Shown here in pieces: positions 38,872 to 51,100 of a DNA stretch of 64,000 nt. The notes under the pieces were generated by a model. It was not told the origin of the DNA, did no database searches, and saw only the letters and a list, made by a program, of their open reading frames with translations. Each line of letters opens with the position of its first letter. Position 1 is the first letter of the stretch. Where the stretch lies: assembly GCA_973895155.1 (NCBI GenBank), contig OZ316894.1, positions 12,564,828 to 12,628,827 of the forward strand, read 5' to 3'. This stretch comes from Marsupella aquatica (Eukaryota; Plantae; Marchantiophyta). The translations under genes and the position numbers were made by a program.

Positions 38872-41800
38872 GCGTAGCCGCACTTGACCTTAATGGTGAG
38901 CTCCAGCTCACTCATTCACTTCATTCTTCTCATTCCCTTAATTTCAACAAAACCAATCAGAGTTCTCTTGTTACTTTTTGGCACAATTTGAAACAACAAT
39001 CATGGACAGAGAATTCTACGAGTGCAAAGCTCCCAGGCATCTGGGTTTGTTGTGGAACAACGACCATCTCACCCTCCCTATTTAATAGCAGTATTGGATG
39101 GGGAGCAAGAGGCGCCTATCATTAAACTGCCGGCTGCAGAGGCCACAAACCTCCCTTTAATTTCCAGTGAATGATTAAAACATGCAACACACTCAAGAGT
39201 CAGTCCAGCAAAGTTGGCTCAGGTAGAAGTATAGACAAAGGCACAAAGGAGATTTGAAGTCCTGTTTGAGACAAATAAACAAAAAAAACATCTAGATGAA
39301 TTCCTTTGATCCGGCCACAGATGTGGATAGTAGGAATGGCAAATTTTCAGATGTAGACCTGCAAGTGCCTATGTAGTGCATGCTCAACAAGAATGCTGCT
39401 CCCAGGTCGTTGGGATGGAGCTGCATGCTTCTTGTCTGGTTTTCTTTTGTGCTTTGGTAGGCAAGTAATACACTACTAAGTGCAAGGGAGTTGCCTTTGT
39501 TAGTTTGTTAAGTTCTTTGTTAAGTTCTATACAACATAGTTCACTGCAAAAAAAATTGCAAGGGAAAAGAAGGATGAACACCCTACACTACCAGAATACA
39601 AGTACAACTGTGGATTCCCCCAGGGCAATTACTCATTGGATTATTAGAACTGGTTGCAAACAAATGAACATTGTTTTTAATCTTGTTGGGCTAATAATTA
39701 TAATCAAACACTTATTAAAGGAATTTAAAAATACAAATTTTGTAAAAATATTTTTTTTAATCCAGCAAGGTATTTAAAAATATGTCAAAATTTGTATAAT
39801 AAAGGGTACAAGGGTTTTTTTAATTGAATTTATTTTATAATTTATCTTTTCAAATTTTATTGGTTGTTCTCACATGTTTCAGGCACTATATATTAAGTGA
39901 TTCCCCGGGGTGGATTCCCAATGACAATTGAGATCAAAGGCTCCAGGACCTAAATTCCAGAAAAGACCATCGAGCTAAAAATGAATGATAGCCAAAGTAG
40001 GTGCAAACTATGCGTTTGTCTACTCAAAGTTCTTGAAGGTAAGGCTCTCAATGACCAGCAATACTTTTAAAGGAAGTTCACATAGAGTTTTTTTGGTTTC
40101 TTTTTTGAACGAGGAAGGATAAGGGGTAGGGTAAGCAACTCTTATATAATAGGCATGGGTCTACATTACGGTATGACCTGAAAGGTTGATTTTTAATAGA
40201 ATTAAGAAATCTAAAAAAGTTGTGGTTTCCACTTTCAATTTTTTTTAGTCATCTAAAAAACTTTTCCTTTTTTTCCACATGAGATTAAAAAATTCCCCTA
40301 GATTTTTTAATTGACAGATTTATGAAATACAGTAAATTCTAATCTGCTTGCTGGTTTTTAAACTTGGTCCTGCATTAACAAACCACATAATTGATTTTTT
40401 CAAAGGTTTTCCACATCTAAACAAGCTAGATCCATTTTTAAGTTAGATCATTAGGGGATTAAACTGAAAAATGAACATTGTCTATTGGACTTGAAAAAAA
40501 CTATAATAAAGACAACTTATCTCATAAAAATGGGACTTGCAAGTGAGACATAGAGGGAAACCCTGCCAGAGCTATTTGTTCAATGCAACTCTCTAACTGG
40601 CCGCAATTGTTCACTTAGCTTTCTAGTGTGTGTTGGGAAACAATGATTGTTTTGAAATGCATCTCCCAAAGCTACAGTGAGGATTTCCAGTGAACTTTTA
40701 CAGCGTGCAGTATAATATTGAACTTTTGACTCCCCATCTTTGAGGAGAGCAATAATCATTGGGCTCACAGAAAACGTGAAGACATTTTGGACGGTTCTCT
40801 TCTGGATGATTCTGGGCTTTTGCTTGTGCCGCGATTGTTTGTAGTCCAGTTGTGGGTTGATTAATAAAGGTATCCAGAAAACACACTATCTTCCTGGCTG
40901 CCGCCTGGATTTTCTTGTCATTTGAGCCAACTTATACATATCAAGGGCCAAAGTGGTTCCATTCAACAGGCTCATTTTCCCATTTGCACGTTATGTCTCT
41001 TTTCCTTCAACTACTGTAGGGATTGTGTCCTTCATGCACCTCTTTATGGACGGTGTTCATGTATCCAGCCAGCTTATGTGCATGATCGAACAAGACAAAT
41101 TGACCATTCTAGAGCAGGTGCATGTGATAACAACTCAGTTGCATGTGACATAAATTCAGTTGTGACGGGATCCTTTAGGTATCCCTTTTCCCTTTCATTG
41201 AAAAAATGATTCAGCTAGGATAGGGTCTCCATTCAAACCTATGAATTGGGATGAGATGTCGAAATCCTCATCATATGAAACAAAAGTTCTTTTCACAGGA
41301 CACTACTATAATCAGTTCTCCCAAGGCTGACCCATATTTATCAATTTTGATGAAAGAAATTCACAATTTTTTTTAAATTTGAATTATGAATTTTGGTGTA
41401 ACATTCACAACTTTCAAAACTGAAGTGAAGCCAGGATAGACACAAATAATTTGACATGGTGTTTGTATAGACCCTGATAGACACAAACATAATATTGAAA
41501 CTTTGCTTGAAAAATTTGTCATTTATACTTTTTCCCAAAGAAAATGACTGGTAAAAGGGGTTTTGGTTCAATTTCTCTACTATTCTACCTCGTTTCTCAT
41601 GCCTACTATTATAAGTAGCTGGCTTGCCTTGGTACAATGTTCTATGTGTATATATGCTCTTAGACTTCCATATCATGACAAGTCTACTAGTAAACCCAAT
41701 GTGAGACCGAGTGCCCGTGCCGTGCAGTGGTTGTGGAGGCAAGTAAGTTTCTTAGCAAACCAAGTCAGCAGAGCTGCATACTGGGTTGGGCCATGGCACC

Positions 41801-42339
41801 GTGTGATGCTGCTGAATGTTTGTCAGGGCAAGCAAGTGAGGTGATTACGGGTCCAGTTAGAGACTCTTGCAAAATTTAAAATTTAGAGAAAATTCCATGT
41901 CAACAATTAATTCATATCCATTGGATTTTACTTATCAATGGTGGAGATTGTGCAATGTGTCTTAACACTCGTGTGATGGTTGAAAACACTTGTGTGGCAA
42001 GCGAGAAGAAAATGTCTGGTTCATTTGCAGGAATGATACACATTCTTTGATACCAAATTTAAACAGAAACTTGCATAGTACTTCGGGCAATAAAATAAGA
42101 CAACAAGTCAATCTTAACCATTCATGTTTATTGATCAATGATGAGAATTGTGAAACGTGGATTGATGCACAATAAACTCACTCGTGTCAGAGTTGTCATG
42201 CCTGTGAGAATGAAAACACATGCAAGAATGGTGCTCGTGTGAGAGTTGTAACACATGTCAAATATGTACTAGTTGTGTGTCACTCAAAAACTGGTAAAAG
42301 GTAATTAAATATGTCCCATGATTATGTGCCAAAATCTAC

Positions 42340-43100
42340 TTGGATCTCTAAAATTCAAGTTTTTTTTTGTACTCAACCAAATGAACTGAAAATTCTCTAC
42401 AAGATAGAGTAAAGCTAGGAGAATCTATAATTAGGGGAAGCTAAAGTTTGAGCTCTCCAATTTGTGAGTTAAAAATGAATTGATATTCCAAATTGGTCGT
42501 AAACCCATCTTAGTTACTTTATGCCTACTTTGACTAAGCCTACTAAATCAAAGTCAAGAAACCAAAATCTATCTGAAGCTTTGTGATTCTGCATTTTCTG
42601 CTTACCTAACCAAATGTGCCAAAAAATTGTTGAGAGTAGAAGGAAGCTAGGAGAATATGTACTTAAAGTTTGAGCTCAAACTGAGTACAAACGGGAGTAC
42701 AAATTTGTGAGTTCAAAATAAAACTGTGTCTGTACTAGAAATTAGCCCAATGTCACCCTAAGCCAACTTTCCTAAGTAGACTAAGCTTAAGTTAGGGCCA
42801 AGTCAATCCAATAGGTGGGATTTATCATTTTCTGTTACTCAATTAAATGGGCTGAAAGTTTTCAAAGACATCGAGAAAACTAGGGGAAATCTCTGGCTAG
42901 CTAGACATTTGAGCTCAAAAAAATTTCCAATAGTGAGCTAAAAATTTTAAGATACAAACTGACTTCACTTTACTTAATGAAATGAGTTGAAATTTTGTTG
43001 AGAGAAGAAGAGCTAGTAAGGGGATACCTCCACTTTATGGTACGCCAACCTTACCCTAAGCCAACTCTACCTAAGTTGAGTAAGTCAAAGTCACGTTCAT
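42340..43100. repeat. Degenerate ~230-bp-period repeat
   Basis: A recurring block ACTCAAYYAAATG..TGAAA..TT...AAGCTAGGAGAAT...TTTGAGCTC at ~42371, 42604 and 42837, with a partial copy at 42972. Confidence 0.6.
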
Positions 43101-44746
43101 AACTTAGTGCATGTTTTTAATTTTGAGAAAATGGTGATGAAAAAATATGTTTAGATGATGTTAATTTAGTGTTGAGAATTTTGAAATGTTTCCAGTACCT
43201 TATCAAATGAGTTTAAAGTTACAATTGGGGTCAAACATTACACCAGCCCTTAAGGATGTTGTGACGGGGTCCCCGTCACTCAAAATCACGAATAATGAGT
43301 CGCGGAGTGTTGCGTAGTGTAAATAACCATTGTAAATAAGCATTTTTTCAAATTTAAGTCAATTCCGTCACTTGTGACCGAAGTACTGTATTTATCTTTA
43401 TCCCCTAATTGTTCCGCAAATATGTTGGGCAGAGGGCCCTGCCTTTGGGGGACTCCCCATTATTTTATGGCCATTTTTAGAGACCCCAATAGCAAGGTTG
43501 ATGGGAAGAAGAAGTAAAACAGGACCGGGAGCAAGGAGGTTTTTTTTATGAGTGAAGGTGACCCCGGCAGTGGACGTTGGGGGGAAGTTTTTTTTGGTTT
43601 GGCTGGAGGGTGTGCCCCGGGAGTAAGGTGGCGCGGGCAGGGCTGGGCGCGGAGGAGCCGGGGCGGACGGCGGTGGCTGCCGCGAGCCCTGCATAGGGCC
43701 GCGTGCAGGAGGTGGGGGGGGGGGGGAATTAAATCCCCCGTTTGAGGTGCTGCCGCGAGTGGCAGACTGGGCCGGGGCGCAGGTGACACCGCGAGTGGGG
43801 CGCAGAGGAGCCGGGAGCCGGTCGGGTTGGTAGGGGCGAGCGGGAGCGCCATCGCGAGGGATATAAGGGGGGGTTAAAAACCCCCATAGGGACGGAGCCG
43901 GGAGGCGCAGCCGCGTGGCATGATGAGGCGCGCCCTGCATAGGGCCGCGTGGCCGCCAATGGGGTGCAGGTGCTGCCGCAAGTAAGAGGAAGCAGCCGGG
44001 GCACAGGTGCTGCCGTGAGCGGGATGGGCGCCTCCATAGGGAGGCGAGCCCTCTATTGCAAGCAGCCGGGGGAGCTAAGAGGCTGCCAAAAATAAGGGAT
44101 TAAATCCCCCAATACAGGGCACTAAATGCTCCCGGGGGCAGGGCGCAGCGAGCCGAATGAGGAAGGAGCAGGGCTAGGCGCAGCGAGTATAAAGGGGGGG
44201 TAAATGATTCCCCCATCCCAGGGAGGCAGAGAGGGCAGGTACGGGCGAGGAGAAGTGAGTATTTAAGGGGGAGGCCTAATAAAGGGAGCCCCCATGGTTT
44301 TTTTTGGAAGAGGCTCCCCGCACCTGGGGGAGGCCTCGAAGAGCCATTACAAGGCGGTGGGGGAATAAAAATCCCCCGATCCTCGGAAGGTGCCAATAGG
44401 TTTGAAGGGGAGCCGGCCACCTATAAGGGTTGTCCAGGAGAGCACAGGGGTATTGGGGTTCTTTTTTCCTTTTGTCTGAAAACATCGTCTCTCTTTTCTC
44501 CCCCAATCATGGTCGAATGTCTTTTTCTTTTCTTCCTTCCAAAACCTCTCGCTCCTCTCCATTCCGAAAGCTCTTTTGGGGGAGCTTAAGTGTCATGGGA
44601 GGATGAGGCCCTTATGACGGCAGCATTTGGACCCCCCCTGAGTGAGGTGGAGCCGGTCGTGTTGGGGGCCGGATGGGCCGGGGAAACAAGGATTTTTGGG
44701 GAGATTGTTGTCTGGTAAGTGAAACTTTTCGTGACGCTTTCCTCCG

Positions 44747-46791
44747 GTGGTTTGGCTGAGGGGAAGTAGAGTGGACTCGAGATCGTGGTACGGGGGCTAT
44801 ACGGGCCAGGAATTGTATGGTGTGACAGGAATTTTGGTGATAGGAGAATTCTTAGTGTGGATGTTTGATCCACCTGAGTTCAATACAGCCCGTGTTCGTC
44901 GATACAAGGCTGCTTACCGGGAGTACATTGCCACACGAATTAGGGAGGAGGGAGAGAAACGTCGGTCGGCCGCCATGAGTACGGGATCTGGAACGCCTAG
45001 CACTACGGTTGTATGGAAGGTTTTCCGTAGGGTGTACCCCCGCACTTCTGCCGAGGTGATGGAAGAGGGCAAGAAGATTTTTCGGGCTACAGGGCTCACC
45101 AATTTCATGGGTGTAGAGATTATGATTCCTCCCGACAGGACTTGGGACATTGCGGCTGGATTGGAGTGCCGTACGGAGGGGATTTATTTTCATTGTAACA
45201 ATCAGTTGATCCCTCACGTGGAGTTGGCCAAGCTCTTATTTCTCGATGACCAGGACTTCACGTTTCAGCCAGTAGAGCCACCTGGTGTTTTGATGTTGGA
45301 AGAACTAGCTGAGGTGGTGAGGGACCCCCTTTCCGTAACTACCATCCCCCTCTCAACGTTCAAGGATCCAGCATACAAGGTGTTTGTGGCCAAGGTACAC
45401 CAGCGGGTACTTGGTAGGGGGCAATTAGGGACGGTAAGTGGAGATCAGTTGGCTATTGCCACCGACATCAAGACTCACCCACGTCACACGTACGGATGGT
45501 GGTATTTCGGGATGAGGAAGTCATTGGCCATGGATCCTAAGAGTGTGAAGACGGGAGGAGGCATGCACTTGATGGGGTCTTTCCTATTGGCCAGGCGGGA
45601 AGGGCTTCGTCCCTCACCGGGCACAGGAGGGGAAACGGTGCCACCCTTCACCACGGAAATACGGAGGATAGCCACCACCATATTAGGAAGCTTGGTGAAG
45701 GGGCCACCGTCTGAGCCAATAGCCCAACCTACTACCGAAGATGACCCAGATGAGGACAGCGTTATGGAGTGGTTGGAGTCCCTTGTGGGGAACCCAGAGG
45801 AGCCTCTTGATTACGATGTGCCCGAGGTGTACTTGGCCGAATTACGTGATTTTCGTGATGGAGTGCATGAGGGGCTTAAGTTGTGCCGAACATTGAAGGA
45901 GGCCATCAACCAAGGCCAGGCCAAGGTAGAAATATTACAAGTAAGTAATGAGGCCTTGAAAGAGGTGGTCAAGGCAAAGGAGGTGGTAATTCAAGAGCAA
46001 GGGAGGTCGCTCAAGGAGTCACATATTCAGGTTTTACAGCTGGAAGGAGCCTTATCTACTAAGGCTAAGGAGGCGCTGGAGGTGGGAGTTTTGAGAGATG
46101 AAGTGACCAAGCTCAAGCTGGGCACTGGTGAGGTTGAGAGACTCAAGAAGGAAGTTGTAGACTTACGGGGTCAAGTTGGACTCCTTGAGACCAGGGCCAA
46201 GAGGAACGATACGTTGAGGCTGGGGAAGAGGAAGAGCCCATCTCCCTCTAGCCCTACCCTCTCCCCAGATTTGATCTCAAAAGCCATTGAGATGGTGGTA
46301 AGAGAAGTAACTCAACGGTACGGGCCAAGAGGGAGAAGGAGAAGAGTAAGATGTTGGAGAAACAGTTGCGAGAGACCCGTAAGTCATCACGAGAAACCCC
46401 AGCCGGTCACGGTGCCACCGTATCTGCTAGTCACGGTGCCACCGTATCTGCTAGTCACGGTGCCACCGTATCCGCCGGAATCCCGGTGCCAGGGATGCCA
46501 CCCCGATCCGTAAACCCGGGGACTCCTCTGGCTACCGGCCAGGTCTTACCTTTGCAGTTGCAGGGAGGTGAAGAGGCTGCCTTATGGAAGGACACTATTA
46601 GCCAGGGTTATGTGAAGGCTTGGCAAGCCTTAGCTGCATTAAGGAGGCGGAGCACTTCCGGTCGGACTCCCGTCCGGACTCCCCCGGTACAGCAGGTTAG
46701 GAGTGAGGCCTCCCCTTCTGGACAAAGCAGTGGAGGTGAGGATTCCAGGGGGTGGAGCCCTGGTTCAGTCAGTGAGTCCGATGAAGACTAG
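44747..46791 (+). CDS. Element-encoded protein: ATHILA ORF1/plant-transposon-like N-terminal domain, long coiled coil and low-complexity tail (one frameshift)
   Basis: 588 open codons (first ATG 44861, MFDPPEF). FRATGLTNF...ELAKLLFL...FKDPAYKVFVAKVHQRVLGRGQLGTVSGDQLAI resembles by eye the ATHILA ORF1 pattern IRxPxLRYxHxxxxxxLxxRxxxGxVxxxEL. Heptad-rich region at ~45880-46200. A -1 shift at ~46291-46340 continues VRAKREKEKSKMLEKQ... to TAG 46791. Confidence 0.65.
46406..46475 (+). repeat. 24-bp coding tandem repeat x3 (HGATVSA-S)
   Basis: GTCACGGTGCCACCGTATCTGCTA x~3. Confidence 0.85.
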
Positions 46792-47584
46792 TGTAGGGCC
46801 TTGCTTTTTATGCACTACGGAGTGGATGTGAGTACCGACGAAGGCACCGTTGGTACCGTAGTGGGCTAGGGTTTTTCACAGCGTGTGTGTGCCGCACGCT
46901 TTAGGTTAGTTTATCTCTTAGATGTTTTTGGCGGCGCCGCTAGGGTTGCCGCCGTTGTTGCCATTCCGTGAGGGGTGCTTTGGTGTTTTTTTTCAGTATT
47001 TAGGGGGGAGGCCCGTAGTAACAAGGGGGGAACTCAGTCTAGTGTTTGCTTAGGGAAGTTAGCTCATAGCCAGAAGAGGGAATCAAGCCAGAGTAGTGAG
47101 GTAGAGGTGTAGCATTTGCCCCAGTGAGGCAGTAGTTGGGCAGACGGCAAGAGGCCGGGTTGTCCTTGCAATGTGTTACGACATTTTGCCAAAAGATATG
47201 GATTTGGTTTGATTCCTCAAGTTGTGGTGTGGCATTATTATTTTTTTGGTTCATGATTGTGTTCTTTCCCCAAGAAGTGTCTAAAGAATACTTGCACGGA
47301 TTGGTCGACCATGTGAGTAGGGGGGGTGGTGACAACACTCCACCAGCGACCAGTAGGAGTGTGTGTGTGGCGTAGTCCATGGGACTTGATCAAAAGCAGC
47401 GGGACTAGTCGGTAGACTTGATCAAAAACTCCATTTCCGGGAGCGGAAATAAACATACTCATTCTACATGCAATAGAATCCTAATAGCGTCCCTCCACGT
47501 TCCCGTCATACGATAACAAACAATTTTAGTAGGAGTAAATACGTATTTGTCGTGTAAATCATTTGATAAGCAGGTGACAGATGT

Positions 47585-48105
47585 GTTCACTAAAAAATTT
47601 TAATTTGCAACCTTATCAATTTTAAAGTTCAATTGGGGTCACCGACCCTTGTGGATGTGTGCACCAGAATGTCTTAGCTTTAACCTTATCAATTTAGAAT
47701 TACAATTGGGGTCAAACAATACACCGACCCTTGCAAATGTGTGCAGTAGAATGCCTTAACTTGTAATCTTATCAATTTCAAAGTTACAATTGGGGGTCAA
47801 ACTGTACACCGAACCTTGCAAATGTGTGCACTAGAATGCCTTAACTTGTAATTTTATCAATTTTAGAATTACAATTGGGGTCAAACAGTACACCAACCCT
47901 TGTGGATGTGTGCACCAGAATGCCTCAACTTGTAACCTTATCAATTTCAAAGTTACAATTGGGGTCAAACAATACATCGACCCTTGCGGATGTGTACCAG
48001 AATGCATTAACTTGTAACGTTATTAATTTTAAAATTACAATTGAGGTCAAAAAGTACCCTTGTGAATGTGTGCACCATGATGCCTTAACTTGTGATCTTC
48101 TTGAT
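47585..48105. repeat. ~84-bp AT-rich satellite (~6 units, plus one unit at 43198-43259 on the far side of the insertion)
   Basis: The anchor CAATTGGGGTC recurs at ~47630, 47703, 47788, 47872, 47956, 48038 and 43222. Unit: CCTTATCAATTTCAAAGTTACAATTGGGGTCAAACAATACACCGACCCTTGCGGATGTGTGCACCAGAATGCCTTAACTTGTAA. Confidence 0.92.
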
Positions 48106-51100
48106 TTTTAAGGTAATGGCGTGTTATGTTAAGAGTAGTATCAAATGTTGATATTGCTTCTGCAATTTCTATTGGAAAAGGAACAAAAGGAAATAACTCT
48201 CAAAACTTAAGTTTTCATATACTTTTCTTTGTAGCAAAGCTCCTTAGATAGAGTATTAGTGTTTTTTTCTTTATTTGTTAAGATTTGAGAGAACATTTAC
48301 AAGTCAAATATGAAGCTCCAATTTTCTAGTCAAACAGTACACTAAATTTAGATCTGAATATCAGAATGTTGAAAATTAGAACTTTCTACTTCTTTTATCC
48401 ACAAATAATGATCACAAATCAATATACTAGAGGTGAAATCTTGGGATTGCGTAAACATTTATATATTGTTTTATCACACAAAAATATTAGCAATCACAAC
48501 TGTTAACCATATAGAGAGATGACAAAGAAATCAAACCTATATTTCAAGTGTTGTAATAAAGTTGAGTTTGCTATTGATTGCCATATAATTTTAAAACTCA
48601 GATTCCAAGCTTTTCTAGCAACCAAGAAGAAAATGTTCATCTCAAGAAAGGGTCAAAGTGGGCTCAAGAATTGAATTGAATTGAAAGGACATTAGGCCAC
48701 TTCACAACTTATAAAATTCATACAAATTGTAATCATCAAACAAAACATGCAATCATACAAACCTACCTGGTCACACCATGAGAGCCCTACAAAAAATACT
48801 CTACCACTTGATGTTTGCCTATAAGCTTGAATGTCTCATGTCAACTCTCCTCACACCTAGTGTGAAGTATGTTGTAAACCTCACTATAATCCTCCCCAGG
48901 CACACCAAAAGAGTCAAACCTCCAATCAATCTGCACAAGTGCCCAAACATTGAATACAACATCACTAATCTTCTATCCAACCTGGCTATTTTTTTCAGTT
49001 TATTAGAGTTATTCATCTCTACATATTGAAGAAAGCTACATTTAATAAATGACAAATAATATCATAAAGTACAATTATTACAGAATCTACATCATGCAAG
49101 GAAATGAGTATTCATACTCCCATGAAGGTTGGTCTATATATATAACCTCTCTCTCCAAAACACTTGTGATGATTCTACACTTATGGTTTTTGTTTTTGTT
49201 TCCATTTGCCATGATATTAGGATAATGATGAGAATTGTTCTTTACTAGTATATATTAACAAATTGAATCTTCAAACTAAGTTGCCCAAGATAGTATTACA
49301 ATAGTTATAACTAATGGCTCACTCCAAGCCATCATTTTTCTTGTGGCATACTCTTGTTATTGTAGATGAGCTTTTGATGCCATTCTTATAAATAAAACTA
49401 AATTTAATGCACATAAATTTAATACAAATTTACAAACTCCTCTGAATGTAGTTTGGTTATATAATTTACCTGAAAGAATTGAGCTGGACCCACATACTAG
49501 TTTTTCTCTCTTTCCTCTTTTGCCCACCTCACCCGTCCCTGTCTCCCTTCTCCCTCCTGGAATGGGCATTGGGAGGAAAACTGCCACACAGGCAAGCATC
49601 ACGTGCAGGCAAAGCAGCCTGCACACATGAGAATCAAGGCCTAGCGCAAACCAAGACAGCCCCTGTGGGTCTTTGAGGCAGCCAACGAGCAGGCAGGCGC
49701 TGTGGAAACTAAGGCAGCAAATAGGACTACAAGGGCAGGTGGGGGGAGGCAATCAAGGAGGCATTCCGGTGCAGAAAACAACAGGCCCATCATTGACAGC
49801 AAGCATTGCTTCGAGCCCAACTCTCTCAATAAACAAACATGGAGGAGTTGCATGTGAAGTGATTACATATATAGTTGCTAACTAAGGATAGTAAAATCAT
49901 AGGTCCACGAGCCAGAATTGATGACCAGCTCCATGTCCTGGGTCAAAAAATTTCTGTACCTTATGTCTCTGGTGGGATGAGCAAGAGACCAAGCCTTAGC
50001 CCCACCAAGCACCTTAGTACCCAAACACATGGACCAGATCCCAATGAGGTAGAAATATCATCCTAGCTAGTAGAGAAGTTGAATCCAATCTGAGCTGATA
50101 GCTGAAATGAATGGTTAGTTAGTTGCTACCTTTGACTTCAATACGGGTTTCAATGTTTTGAAACTCCTCAATTGCCCAGAGTTCAGAAAGAGACTTGGCT
50201 GTCTTGGCCTGGTTGGTTTTGTTGAGCTTGGTAATCTGGGGAATTAGAGTTGGCACATTTGACACATTCTCTTGCCCCTTATGGGTTGCCAGCTCTTGTG
50301 CTTTGCAAGTTGACAGTTGTTTTGAACCTGCTTTATTTTTATTAGTGGATTTTAGCATTTCTACTTGTCTAGCTCTTAGAGTCCTTGAGGCCCTTTCTTC
50401 TGTTACTTCAATCTATGTGATAGTCCATGTGAATTCCAGGGGTTATTGCCTATCACTTTCTACTCATTGCACTTCCTGCCCTCCTCTTTCTTAAAAAAAA
50501 ACAGGAATGCCGGAAGTGTGTCTTCAGAAAATTAAAAAACTAGAGGTTGGCTGTGAAGCCCAATTAAATGGAGTAGCAAAGCTGGGATGGACTTTGGCAG
50601 ATAGCACCAGTTATAGTTTAGACTGAAAGGTGACCTGAAAATTGTGTCTTGACCCTTTGCAGGCTGCCTTGACTAGTTTAATCCAATTGGAGATTAACAG
50701 TTACTTGGGCATTCACTTGAAGTCCTATTTTGTCAAGATCTTTGTTTAGCCTCCAAGCACTTGTGAATGTTAAACAAAGTCAGATCCAAAGATATAAATA
50801 GTCTGACAGGTATGCAAAAACCAGCATTTACAATTTGTTGAGGCACCTGAAAACTTACTTTAGGCGTCCTTCACAAAAGTCCTTCACAAAAGTGAAGCAT
50901 CCTCCCTTGAAGTTGCCAACCACTTTTTCTTTTTGGTTTAACCTGACTGATGAGGTTACTCAGTCCAAAGTCTTAGTCATCCATTTGAATTTGTTACTTC
51001 ATGTGTGGGTTGTGAACAAATCAATTTTTAGTACAAGAATGTGAACAGATCTTTCGATAATATGTGAACAGGGCTTCCAAGCGGTAAGAAAAAGGCTACA

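Larger units (their letters stand above)
43260..47579 (+). mobile_element. 4.3-kb TG...CA-bounded insertion with 5-bp TSD (giant solo-LTR-like element carrying an ORF)
   Basis: GATGT|TGTGACGGGG...GCAGGTGACA|GATGT, with the TSD at 43255-43259 and 47580-47584. It interrupts one unit of the ~84-bp satellite present on both sides and is GC-rich against AT-rich flanks. No gag/pol or transposase motifs seen. Confidence 0.85.

Noticed and set aside
43779-43788. GCAGGTGACA matching the element's last 10 bp (possible end of a 5' LTR)
   Set aside because: The match does not extend, it is a variant of the local AGGTGCTGCCG module, and no PBS follows.
43398-44420. Pro/Ala-rich ORFs on the minus strand (180, 130, 102 and 106 aa)
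   Set aside because: They are by-products of very high GC content and repeat modules, with overlapping frames and no domain features.
43260-47579. Ginger or other DNA transposon interpretation
   Set aside because: Only 5 of 6 terminal bases are inverted, with no long TIRs and no DDE integrase or transposase motifs in the ORF.
47585-48105. Repeat-spacer array
   Set aside because: Whole ~84-bp units are homologous, so it is a satellite and not a CRISPR array.
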